The position numbers and the translations under genes were made by a program. Of a stretch of 64,000 bases of DNA, positions 16,244 through 25,437 are shown piece after piece. Position 1 is the stretch's first letter. Each line of letters opens with the position of its first letter. Source of the DNA: Bdellovibrionia bacterium (GTDB taxonomy: Bacteria > Bdellovibrionota > Bdellovibrionia > Bdellovibrionales > JAUICD01); the NCBI GenBank assembly GCA_030427965.1, contig JAUICD010000001.1, positions 82,625-146,624 on the forward strand, read 5' to 3'. Under the pieces are notes generated by a model. That model saw only the letters and a list, made by a program, of their open reading frames with translations. It did no database searches and was not told the DNA's origin.

Positions 16244-19083
16244 TCAGAGACTTTGTTAGTGGACCCCTGTACATCGTGTAGAACAGTGGGGCTCACTTTT
16301 ACAGTTTCGATTGCAGTTTCTGAAAGAACCTTACCAACAGTTTCGATTATCGAATCTTTGTCGATGCCGTGATAGCGATAGATCTCACTTGGCCGCCCAG
16401 ATTTGGAGTGTTTTCTAACGGCCAAGGATTCATGTCGAGTGCCAATAATGGATCCGATATTGTCTAGTAGTCCAGGTTCTCCATCATGAATGCTTACAAT
16501 TGGAATTCGGCGTCCTGCTAATGTGATCAAATCTGCACGATCTGCCCCTGCTCCGTTGTGATGGGGTTGAAAATAAAGATTTGCATCGATATTGAGATTT
16601 TCCTTGAGGTGAAAATATCCATTTTGATGCCCGAGATTTCCTATGAGAAGATCTGGTGATGTGATGACAATGACGTTTGCAAAAATACCTTTTTTAAGAA
16701 GTTCCTCAGACGCATCAATGGCTTCAGTTGTTGGAGAACCCATTGAAAAAAGATGAACCACATTATCGCCAGGTTCATATCCAGCATATCCTCTATAATC
16801 AATGAGGTAGTAGGCCCCTTGAAGCACATCATTTCGAATTTCGGCAAGGATTGTAGAATCATCAACGGTTTCTAAAGACGCCTCATCAATAGTGTTTTCT
16901 AAGTCAGACTCTCCGATAGAGAGAAACTTTGAAGAATTTGATTCAGATTTAAAACGACTTTGTCGTTTTAGGTATTTCATAAAGTGTTTTTGATCCACTC
17001 CACGCGTGGAACCTCGAACAAGGACACCTGTTTTCTGATCATTTTCTTCGAGTAGGTGTTTTTTAAGAGAATCCACTAAAATCCAATCTAATTCTTGGCA
17101 AAAGAATGGTTCCCAAGTGATTTGATTTGGAATTTGAAAATCAGATTTCCAGCCATGTTGAGCGCCCTCTGGTGAGAGAGTGACTCCTGCTGGAGTCCCT
17201 ACAAGTAGGAAGCTCGACTTCCAATAGAGATTGTAAAAATACTGATCTAGAGCACGTTTTATGAAAAAATCATAAACAGTCATTAATGGGATCAAGGGAA
17301 TTCCAAGAAGATCTCGCATTTTGCCAAAAGATCCAGCACATGACATAGCATTGGCCTCAGCTATTTCAAATCTCAAGAAACGGTCTGAGACATCCTCACC
17401 TGGGATTAAATCTGGTGACTTTTTATCTTTCACCTCAAGTTCAGCTTCATAGTCATCGACATCAACGGCACCAAAAATTTTACCATCCATTGCGGGATTC
17501 AAATTTGTTGAGGTCCCAACATCTGGTGCCATAGAGACCAAGAGTTCCCCGGGCAAACGAAAGGCACTTTCACTTTCATTTTTGAAATTGTTGGTATTTG
17601 AAATTCGAGTCAATTTGGCAGTCAATTGACCCAACATCCATTGAGTATGAGGATAGTTCACCATTTTTAGATTGATATCTAGTGAATCTGGTATGGATTG
17701 AATCACACTTGAAACTTTCTCGGCATTTCGAGACTTAATAGCGTACTGTTCTTTGATTTCAGTGAGAAGCTGTTGACCTCTTTTTTGAAGATACTTTGCT
17801 TCGTCACTCTCTTTTTTAAATTTCTCAAAAAGATTTGATTCAGAAATACCTTGTTGATTTCGTAAGTGATCGATTTCTTCTTGTGAAGGAAGAAGAGAGT
17901 GATTGGCCGACTTTGCGGCCATTTCGAGTTCCCACCCCTTTAGGGTATGGGCGATTATAATTGTTGGTCTGCGAGTTTCTTTTTTACTTGCTTCAAGAGC
18001 TTGTATAATTTCATCAAAATCATGCCCACCAAAGTCTTTTAATGAATCAATGAGGTCGGAATCCTTTACGGAATCGAGAAATGTTTTGAGTTTAGGTTGA
18101 GTTTTGAGAAGTTCTTTTCGAATGGCCTCTCCGTCTTTGCTTAACAAGAGTGCTTGTAATTCAAAATCAATAAGATCTTCTTCTAAGAATTTTTTGTACT
18201 CATCTCCCCCTTTTGATTCAAAGAGGCGTTTTCGAATTTGCCCGTGCTGAATTTCGATGACATGCCAACCATTGGCTTCTGCAGTTCGAGCAATTCGGTA
18301 ATTGTCGTTTCCGCCCATAATTTCTTTATTGATGATTCTTTGTCCATCAAGACTTTGGCGATTGTAATCTATGATCCATGTTAGATTTCCGAGTTCACGT
18401 TCGGCAAAATCAGGCATTGCTTCATAAAGAGAGCCTTCACGAAACTCAGAGTCACCAATGAGGGACCAAAAGTGAGCTTTAGGAACTTCATAACTATGTT
18501 CCTTGGCATAATCGTAAGCAAGTGCAAGGTAGCCGAGGTTGACTGGAGGAATTCCCACTGTGCCTGATGGTAGAAATCCATGATGATCTGAATCATACGC
18601 AGAATGATAGGATTGGAAAACGGGCTCTCCGTCTTGAGAAAACTTTCTTAGTCCATGCATGGCTTTTTCTGCCAAGTCTGCTTCAAGTGGGTTTTGCTCT
18701 GAATCAAGGAAAAGATTTAAAAGATAGTTGAATGAATGATCATTTGGAGAAGCATGAGGTTTAACGGCAAGGTGATCAAAGCCTGACTTAACAACCAAGT
18801 GAAGAGCACCCAATAGGTGGACGCAGCTTGCACAAGCGGCGGGGTGACCTCCAATTTTAGGATCCCCCTTTTCTTTATCTTTTCGATTGTTTGCCAAATG
18901 TATCATTTGGGTCGCATAGTAGTGCGCACGCTTAGTAATCTTATCGAGCAAATCTTTATTGTGTTTTTTTGAGCTCACAGTTGTTCCTCGCAAAAAATGA
19001 ATCAAGAAGTTTAAGAGCTTATCGGTAAATGCTCTGTCGATGTCAAGTTTTAGGGCCTTAAATGAGGTGTATAGATAGCTCAA
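16207..19083 (-). CDS. aceE: AceE-type (homodimeric) 2-oxoacid dehydrogenase E1 component, divergent
   Basis: Collinear with E. coli AceE landmarks: GGHPAA, GDSEFREGSLYEA...NLTWIIDYNRQSLDG (ThDP motif with GDS for GDG), GGHD, IIAHTLKG. Start is TTG 19083 or GTG 18978 (the latter preceded by GAGGAA). Confidence 0.8.
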   Translation of the reverse strand: MSYLYTSFKALKLDIDRAFTDKLLNFLIHFLRGTTVSSKKHNKDLLDKITKRAHYYATQMIHLANNRKDKEKGDPKIGGHPAACASCVHLLGALHLVVKSGFDHLAVKPHASPNDHSFNYLLNLFLDSEQNPLEADLAEKAMHGLRKFSQDGEPVFQSYHSAYDSDHHGFLPSGTVGIPPVNLGYLALAYDYAKEHSYEVPKAHFWSLIGDSEFREGSLYEAMPDFAERELGNLTWIIDYNRQSLDGQRIINKEIMGGNDNYRIARTAEANGWHVIEIQHGQIRKRLFESKGGDEYKKFLEEDLIDFELQALLLSKDGEAIRKELLKTQPKLKTFLDSVKDSDLIDSLKDFGGHDFDEIIQALEASKKETRRPTIIIAHTLKGWELEMAAKSANHSLLPSQEEIDHLRNQQGISESNLFEKFKKESDEAKYLQKRGQQLLTEIKEQYAIKSRNAEKVSSVIQSIPDSLDINLKMVNYPHTQWMLGQLTAKLTRISNTNNFKNESESAFRLPGELLVSMAPDVGTSTNLNPAMDGKIFGAVDVDDYEAELEVKDKKSPDLIPGEDVSDRFLRFEIAEANAMSCAGSFGKMRDLLGIPLIPLMTVYDFFIKRALDQYFYNLYWKSSFLLVGTPAGVTLSPEGAQHGWKSDFQIPNQITWEPFFCQELDWILVDSLKKHLLEENDQKTGVLVRGSTRGVDQKHFMKYLKRQSRFKSESNSSKFLSIGESDLENTIDEASLETVDDSTILAEIRNDVLQGAYYLIDYRGYAGYEPGDNVVHLFSMGSPTTEAIDASEELLKKGIFANVIVITSPDLLIGNLGHQNGYFHLKENLNIDANLYFQPHHNGAGADRADLITLAGRRIPIVSIHDGEPGLLDNIGSIIGTRHESLAVRKHSKSGRPSEIYRYHGIDKDSIIETVGKVLSETAIETVKVSPTVLHDVQGSTNKVSDWRELWPQKNND

Positions 19084-19157
19084 AGTTTCAATAATTTCTA
19101 CTATTTGCTGACCGATCGTTCTATAGGAGGTAGAGCTTGGTGGACTGAGGAGGAAAT

Positions 19158-20891
19158 GTGGACCAAAGACGAGGGCGAAAGACTGTAGAGCAGTTGGGCG
19201 AGGTGATCGACGTTGCGCGAGGACTAGAGAAAGCAGATCTTGTCGTAAAAAATGCGACCTATTTAAATGTATTCACGGGAGAGTGGAACACAGGGGATAT
19301 TGCACTTTATCAAGGTCAAATTGTTGGTATTTCAGAATCCTATGCGGGACGTGAAACGATTGATGCAAGTGGACTTACGGTGGTCCCAGGTTTTATAGAT
19401 TCTCACGTGCATATTGAAAGCACTTTGATGACCCCGAGTCAGTATGAAAAAGTTGTGCTTCCACGAGGTACAACAGGTGCAATTGTGGACCCACATGAAA
19501 TCGTGAATGTTCTCGGTGAAAAGGGTTTTGAGTACTTCTTGGAATGTGCGGATAAAAGTACAATGGATATCTTTGTCATGCTTTCCAGTTGTGTGCCAGC
19601 GACGACGGATTTGGAAACCTCTGGTGCCAAAATTGGGACGGAAGAACTTTTAAAATACAAAGATCATCCACAAGTTTTGGGACTAGCTGAGATGATGAAT
19701 TTTCCTGGGGTTTTATTTAAAGATCCCGAGGTTTTAAAAAAACTGGAGGCTTTTCAAGAGACACATATAGACGGCCATTGTCCTATGCTCAGAGGAAAAG
19801 ATTTGAATGCCTATATAGCAGCCGGAATTCGAACATGCCATGAGAGCATTGCTTTAGATGAGGCAAAAGAGAAACTTGAAAAAGGCATGGTGATTCAACT
19901 ACGTGAAGGTAGTGTTGCAAAAAACCTAAAAGATCTCTGTGGGCTTTTGAATTCCTATTCTTCTCCATCTGTGACTCTGGCAACAGATGATCGAAACCCT
20001 GTTGATATTTTAGATGAAGGCCATATCGATTATTTGATTCGTCTTGCAATTGAGTCTGGAATTCCTTCAGAGGTGGTTTATAGGTGTGCATCTTGGTCAG
20101 TTGCAAAGGTGTATGGTCTAAACAAAACGGGAGCGATTGCTCCTGGGTATATGGCAGATTTGGTCTTATTGAGTGATCGAGAAAAAGTTGAAATTCATTC
20201 TGTTTATAAGTCTGGAAAGTTGATTCAGAGCGAGAGGGACATACCGTCTCTTGATGTTCCGCCACCTTCAGGGAATTCGATGAAGTATGTCACTCCTCAG
20301 GTAAATGAAATTTCAATTTCTGGCCATGATGGTAAGTTTCGAGTGATTGAGGTTATTCCAGATCAGATTGTCACTCGCTCACTTGAGGTGGAGATAAAGA
20401 CGCAGTCAGGTGAGGTGAGAGCAGATATAGATTCTGATATTTTAAAAATTGCTGTAAAAGAACGTCATGGAAACCACAACTCTCCAAGTGTTGGTCTTGT
20501 GCGGGGTTTTGGTTTTAAAGCAGGCGCGATTGGTTCTAGTGTTGGTCATGATTCACACAATGCAGTTGTTGTGGGTACAAACGATGAAGACATGATTGCC
20601 TGCTTTGAGTGGTTGAAGCAAAAGGGTGGAGGGTTTGTCGCTATTGTAGATGGAAAAATAATAGGTGAACTTCCACTTCCAATTGCGGGACTGATGACAG
20701 ATGATAAATTGGAATCGATTTATGATAAGATGTCGGGGCTTCGAGTGGCGACAGAGAAAATGGGCTGTCAGTTGACAGAACCTTTCCTGCAGCTTGCTTT
20801 TTTATGTCTTCCTGTTATTCCGACGCTCAAGATCACAGATCGTGGTTTGGTGGATGTGGACCAATTTGAGCTTGTGGATGTTCAGGTTTAA
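19158..20891 (+). CDS. ade: adenine deaminase
   Basis: PGFIDSHVHIESTLMTP amidohydrolase metal motif, about 577 aa, collinear with the Ade family. GTG start after GAGGAGG. Confidence 0.88.
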   Translation: MDQRRGRKTVEQLGEVIDVARGLEKADLVVKNATYLNVFTGEWNTGDIALYQGQIVGISESYAGRETIDASGLTVVPGFIDSHVHIESTLMTPSQYEKVVLPRGTTGAIVDPHEIVNVLGEKGFEYFLECADKSTMDIFVMLSSCVPATTDLETSGAKIGTEELLKYKDHPQVLGLAEMMNFPGVLFKDPEVLKKLEAFQETHIDGHCPMLRGKDLNAYIAAGIRTCHESIALDEAKEKLEKGMVIQLREGSVAKNLKDLCGLLNSYSSPSVTLATDDRNPVDILDEGHIDYLIRLAIESGIPSEVVYRCASWSVAKVYGLNKTGAIAPGYMADLVLLSDREKVEIHSVYKSGKLIQSERDIPSLDVPPPSGNSMKYVTPQVNEISISGHDGKFRVIEVIPDQIVTRSLEVEIKTQSGEVRADIDSDILKIAVKERHGNHNSPSVGLVRGFGFKAGAIGSSVGHDSHNAVVVGTNDEDMIACFEWLKQKGGGFVAIVDGKIIGELPLPIAGLMTDDKLESIYDKMSGLRVATEKMGCQLTEPFLQLAFLCLPVIPTLKITDRGLVDVDQFELVDVQV

Positions 20892-21462
20892 AGAGGTTTT
20901 TCCAAAAAATTTTTGCAAGTATGAGAGCCATGAAATCATAAAGTGCGTGTACGACAATTGGAACGAAGAGACTGTCATAGTGATTCATAAGCCAACCTAG
21001 GTAAAGGCCCATCAGAGTTGCAAATACTGCATAAGTGAATGAGATCCAATGAAGCAGTCCAAACATCACTGATGCAAAATAAATATTGGTTTTTTCTTGT
21101 AGAAAACCTCGAAACAAAATTTCTTCACCCACTCCAGCGCTTAGGCTAACCAAAAGGAGTTGCCACCAATTGGATTTTAAAATGAGGGATTCAATTAAAG
21201 GTTGAACTCGTGAAAGAAGTCTTTTTATGGGTTGGGACTTTCGGGTACTTGGAGCTACATAAAGCAAGAGAAGTATCAGTGGTGGAATGGTTAGGAAAAC
21301 TGAAACTATAAGGAGCTCTAATGTGGGGTGCTTCACTACCAAAGAGTTGTTTGAGAAGAGACTTGCTAGAAACCATCCAAAAAGTCCTAGGAAGAGCTCA
21401 AAGCCAATAAATTTGAGATATTGAGGAACTGCAATGCGCTGTGATGTAGGTGAGGTTATCAT
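20833..21462 (-). CDS. CPBP-family intramembrane glutamic endopeptidase (CAAX protease-like)
   Basis: Multi-TM protein with GEEILFRGFL (EExxxR), FGLLH and HALYDF motifs. Confidence 0.8.
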   Translation of the reverse strand: MITSPTSQRIAVPQYLKFIGFELFLGLFGWFLASLFSNNSLVVKHPTLELLIVSVFLTIPPLILLLLYVAPSTRKSQPIKRLLSRVQPLIESLILKSNWWQLLLVSLSAGVGEEILFRGFLQEKTNIYFASVMFGLLHWISFTYAVFATLMGLYLGWLMNHYDSLFVPIVVHALYDFMALILAKIFWKNLFKPEHPQAQIGPHPPNHDL

Positions 21463-21727
21463 TAGTAAATTTTATTAAATTAATGTCATTTCTCAACACT
21501 TTAAGTCTAGTTTGTGGATAAATCGGTGGGGCGTGTGAGTAACTTTCTTAATTTAAGTCAGTCTATTTAAATAAAATCACCATATTGGCACCAAAGTCCA
21601 GTGTCATAAAGAACCAGTTGGTGTCGATATTGGGTCTGTCTAGGCAAATGAGCGCATACCTTAATATTTTAATAATTTCATAATTTGAACTTGCGAAATT
21701 GGTCTAAACCGAGAAGGATTTGCGCTG

Positions 21728-22789
21728 ATGAAAGTACTTCACATTGTGTCTCACTATCATAGAAATCGTGCGGAAGAGATGATTTGGCCGCTCAGCAGTC
21801 GTGTGACTCAATTGGAACAGCACAGTGCGTTTATTTCACCAGCTGAACCTCTTGTAAGGGGAAAAAACAATCACTGGATTGAGGCTCACTCGCTTTCATC
21901 TAAAAAGTGCTACAAATCACTTTCAAATCTTTCAAAAGAAGTTCACCCAGATGTTGTGCATGTTCATGGGATGGATGTTTTGCCAGTTGCTCTGGCTAGT
22001 TTTTCTAAAAAAACTCCTCTTGTTTTAAGTGTGCTTTATCCCAGAAGTTCCAACTGGTTTAAGAAAAAGTGGGAACGCTTGATGGATCAGTCTATTCGTT
22101 GGGTGGATCGTGTTTGTTTTTCATCTCGAGCGCTTGAGAAACAGTATCACGGTGAGGGGCTTCCTCTTAAAAAATCGCGATTCGTATTTGATGCGGTTTC
22201 GATTCCTAAAGCTGTAAACGCAAGAGAATTTAGAACCTGGCTTGAGGGACAGAGAGAAAGCATTCGAACTCGCCCACTTATTACTATTTATGAAGGTAGT
22301 CTTAAAAATAAAACTTTGCTTGCGGCAATAAAGTCATTTGAGAAGAAGTTTTCCCCTGCGTTTTTATTGAGCAAAGGGGATTTTGATAGATATCGAAATG
22401 AACTTAAAGGGTTTCCGATTGCAAATTTACCAGATCGTTTTTTTCTAGAAGCGTGTTCGTTGAGTTCTTCACTTGTGGTGGGAGCTTTGGATCCAGTTGT
22501 TCCTGTTGAAATTTATAAATCTCTTCATCTTGGAACACCTATTCTATTTTCTATGAACTCAGATCTAAAAGACTTTGTGAATCATTATGACGGAGGTTTC
22601 CAATGTCACCCAAGACGTCCGTATGATTGGGAGATGGGAATGCGAACGATCCAAAGTGACTTTGGTCTGAGAGAAAAGTTTAAGAAAAGCAATCGCAATA
22701 TGGCACTAATGAAGTTTACGGTCTTGAGATGGGAGCGTGAAATGACAAATATCTATCAAGAAATTTCAAACTCTATTGGTGATGGATAG
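21728..22789 (+). CDS. putative glycosyltransferase (GT-B, GT4-like, divergent)
   Basis: N-terminus MKVLHIVSHY and C-terminal segment ...EIYKSLHLGTPILFS...GGF resemble GT4 enzymes, but the key EX7E-type residues are not clear. Confidence 0.4.
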   Translation: MKVLHIVSHYHRNRAEEMIWPLSSRVTQLEQHSAFISPAEPLVRGKNNHWIEAHSLSSKKCYKSLSNLSKEVHPDVVHVHGMDVLPVALASFSKKTPLVLSVLYPRSSNWFKKKWERLMDQSIRWVDRVCFSSRALEKQYHGEGLPLKKSRFVFDAVSIPKAVNAREFRTWLEGQRESIRTRPLITIYEGSLKNKTLLAAIKSFEKKFSPAFLLSKGDFDRYRNELKGFPIANLPDRFFLEACSLSSSLVVGALDPVVPVEIYKSLHLGTPILFSMNSDLKDFVNHYDGGFQCHPRRPYDWEMGMRTIQSDFGLREKFKKSNRNMALMKFTVLRWEREMTNIYQEISNSIGDG

Positions 22790-23789
22790 AATGTATTGTT
22801 TGGGAGTCGACGTTGGTGGAACAAAGATAGAGACTCGTGTTTTTGCACTCAACAAGTTAGGTGAGTTGAGATGGAACAAAGATATTGGACTCGAAACTCT
22901 TTCTGTTGAGCGTATTTCAACGGAACGTGATAAGGGATTGGAATCCATACTACATCGATTTTTCCAATGTGTTGAAAGTGCAGTAAGTCATGCCAACTTA
23001 AGAATAGATCAAATTGAGAGTTTCGGAGTGGGACTTCCTGGATCTGTAGATCCAAGGTCACATAAGATGATAAAAGGCAATTCGATGGTTTTGGTGAATT
23101 GCGATTTTGAGAAAGAGATTCGAAATCACTTCAGCTACAAGAAAAGTATATTTTTTGAAAATGATGCCAACTGTTTTTCTTTGGCAGAGTTTATTTCTGG
23201 AGTAGGAAGAATTCAACGTGAATCAGAGAGATATAAAATGGAGTCTCAAACAGCCTTGGGGGTGATTTTAGGAACAGGCTTGGGTGGAGGGCTTATTGTC
23301 AATGGTAGAATGATTTCCGGAAGAAGAGGCACAGCAGGAGAGATTGGACACAATCAGTTGATTGAAAATGGTTTCAACTGTTATTGCGGAAAGAGGGGGT
23401 GTGGAGAGCAATACCTTTCTGGCCCAGCCTTTGAAGCTTCGTTTGATTTTAAAAAACATTCTCAACTGAAAAAACCAATCAAAGCTCAAAAGATATTTGA
23501 ATTGGCCATGGGGGGTGATTCCCTTGCCATGAGTTGTGTTGAAAACTATAAGACTCACCTGGCTCGATTTTTAGCTGAATTGAATAATATTTTGGATTTG
23601 GACTATATTGTTTTAGGGGGTGGAATGAGTCGGGAAGATTTGCTTTACACGGATTTTGGAAAATATATGAAAAAATACAGTTTTATAGAATCCTCTCTCC
23701 CTCAAGTTTTCAAAAATAGTTTGGGAGATTCGGCAGGAAGTATTGGAGCTGCAATGCTAGGTGTATTAGAAAAGGGTGTGATTCATTGA
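22782..23789 (+). CDS. ROK-family sugar kinase (glucokinase / N-acetylglucosamine kinase-like)
   Basis: CLGVDVGGTK ATP motif and ROK zinc motif CYCGKRGCGEQYLSG. The start is ambiguous (TTG 22776, ATG 22782 or ATG 22791). Confidence 0.85.
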   Translation: MDRMYCLGVDVGGTKIETRVFALNKLGELRWNKDIGLETLSVERISTERDKGLESILHRFFQCVESAVSHANLRIDQIESFGVGLPGSVDPRSHKMIKGNSMVLVNCDFEKEIRNHFSYKKSIFFENDANCFSLAEFISGVGRIQRESERYKMESQTALGVILGTGLGGGLIVNGRMISGRRGTAGEIGHNQLIENGFNCYCGKRGCGEQYLSGPAFEASFDFKKHSQLKKPIKAQKIFELAMGGDSLAMSCVENYKTHLARFLAELNNILDLDYIVLGGGMSREDLLYTDFGKYMKKYSFIESSLPQVFKNSLGDSAGSIGAAMLGVLEKGVIH

Positions 23790-24592
23790 TTGGATTAAAA
23801 GATGCTTATGGAGTTATTCAATTTACTGGAGTTGACGCAAAAGACTTTCTTCATAGACTGGCGTCACAAGATTTTCTTAAAAACCAACTGGATTCTGTGA
23901 TTTCGGGTGCGTTTTTAAGTGGTACGGGACGAATTTTAGCACTATGTGAATCTATTGCCACTGAAGATAGAGTTCTTCTTTTTTTTGAAAAAAATCGTGT
24001 GAACTCCATTTATGAATATTTTGAAAAAATGCATTTTGGAGAAGATTTAAGTTTTGAAATTTTAAAAGAAATAGCTTCTGAGGTTCGGGGAACAGAAGAA
24101 GAGCTTAGTGGGTTGTCTGGTTGGAGACTTTATGACTGGAAGGATGGACAAAAAGGGATGATCCTTTTGGGAACGACAGATGCAGATGTCGAGTGGTTGG
24201 CTCGTGACAGGTTTCTTTCAAAGCGTGCAGAAAATTCTGTGCCTACAGATGGTTTGGATATTGGTCCTCAAACAATGGTTTTGGATTGTGACTTTGATGA
24301 GCGTATAGATCGAGATAAAGGCTGTTATCCGGGGCAAGAGGTTGTTGAAAAGGTTTATACCTATGGAAGACGCCCTAAGAAGCTGATCAAACTAGAACTG
24401 GAACATAAAATTGAGAGTGAAGGTCCTTGGGAAATTGGAGAGGGGGGACAAAAGTTTGGGCAACTGACTTCTCAGCATCAATTGGTGAAGGGGCGATGGA
24501 TAGCGTTAGGCTTTGTGCGTCGTGAAAAGGCTGATGTTGGAAAAAAACTGGAAGTTTTTACCGACGGCTCAGTGGCTCAAATTGTCGATTGA
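23786..24592 (+). CDS. ygfZ: YgfZ-type folate-binding protein (GcvT-like fold)
   Basis: Signature KGCYPGQEVVEKV. TTG start overlaps the ROK stop (TTGA). Confidence 0.75.
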   Translation: MIGLKDAYGVIQFTGVDAKDFLHRLASQDFLKNQLDSVISGAFLSGTGRILALCESIATEDRVLLFFEKNRVNSIYEYFEKMHFGEDLSFEILKEIASEVRGTEEELSGLSGWRLYDWKDGQKGMILLGTTDADVEWLARDRFLSKRAENSVPTDGLDIGPQTMVLDCDFDERIDRDKGCYPGQEVVEKVYTYGRRPKKLIKLELEHKIESEGPWEIGEGGQKFGQLTSQHQLVKGRWIALGFVRREKADVGKKLEVFTDGSVAQIVD

Positions 24593-24657
24593 GTTGATCC
24601 AACCCAAGTTAATAGTTATCCTCTTTTAATCAGTATTAACTTTCATTGGAGGCTGTT

Positions 24658-25437
24658 TTGAAATCTCTTTTAAACGTGCTTGTTCTTTTACTTTTAGTTG
24701 CATTCATTGGTGGATGTACTTCGAAAGATCAAATTGCAGATATTTTAGAAAAAAACCCAGAAGTGTTAACAAATGCGATCGAAAAAAATCCAGATGTTTT
24801 CATGGAATCTCTGAACAAAGCGGCGATGGCTTATCGTCGAAAGCAGTTTGAGAGAGAGCAAGAGGACTTGGCCAAATCCCGAGAGGATGAGTACAAAAGC
24901 CCAAAAGAGCCTCAAATACTTGAAAGTCGAGCTATCTGGGGAAATAAAGATGCCCCAATTACGATCGTTGAATACTCAGATTTTCAGTGTCCGTTCTGTG
25001 CAGAGGGATACAAAAGAATTACGGCTTTAAAAGAGAAGTATGGAGATAAAATACGAGTGGTTTACAAGCACCTTCCGCTTCCAAGGCACCCACTTGCAGA
25101 ACCTGCAGCGCTTTATTATGAAGCTGTAGCTAAGCAAGATGCGAAAAAAGCTGAGAAGTTTCATGATTTAATTTTTCAAAACCAAGACAAACTTAATGCC
25201 GACGGTGTGGCTTATATTGAAAGAGCTGTAAAAGAAGTTGGTGCAAACCTTGGGCGTGCAAAAAAAGCCATTGAGACAGATGAAATCAAAAACATCATTG
25301 AAGCTGACAAGGCTGAAGCAAGTAAGTTTGGTTTTCGTGGAACACCGGGCTTTTTAGTGAACGGTGTTTCTTTAAGAGGGGCACTGCCGCTTGAAGAGTT
25401 TGTTTCGGTGATTGATCGTCACCTTGAGAAAAATTAA
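24658..25437 (+). CDS. DsbA-family thiol:disulfide oxidoreductase lipoprotein
   Basis: CPFC active site in a thioredoxin-fold context (EYSDFQCPFCAEG). TTG 24658 lies 5 nt after GGAGG and gives MKSLLNVLVLLLLVAFIGGC (lipobox). Confidence 0.8.
   Translation: MKSLLNVLVLLLLVAFIGGCTSKDQIADILEKNPEVLTNAIEKNPDVFMESLNKAAMAYRRKQFEREQEDLAKSREDEYKSPKEPQILESRAIWGNKDAPITIVEYSDFQCPFCAEGYKRITALKEKYGDKIRVVYKHLPLPRHPLAEPAALYYEAVAKQDAKKAEKFHDLIFQNQDKLNADGVAYIERAVKEVGANLGRAKKAIETDEIKNIIEADKAEASKFGFRGTPGFLVNGVSLRGALPLEEFVSVIDRHLEKN

Noticed and set aside
19789-20265. 158-aa minus-strand ORF inside the adenine deaminase gene.
   Set aside because: It is antisense to a gene with clear amidohydrolase motifs, and no recognisable domain or RBS is present.
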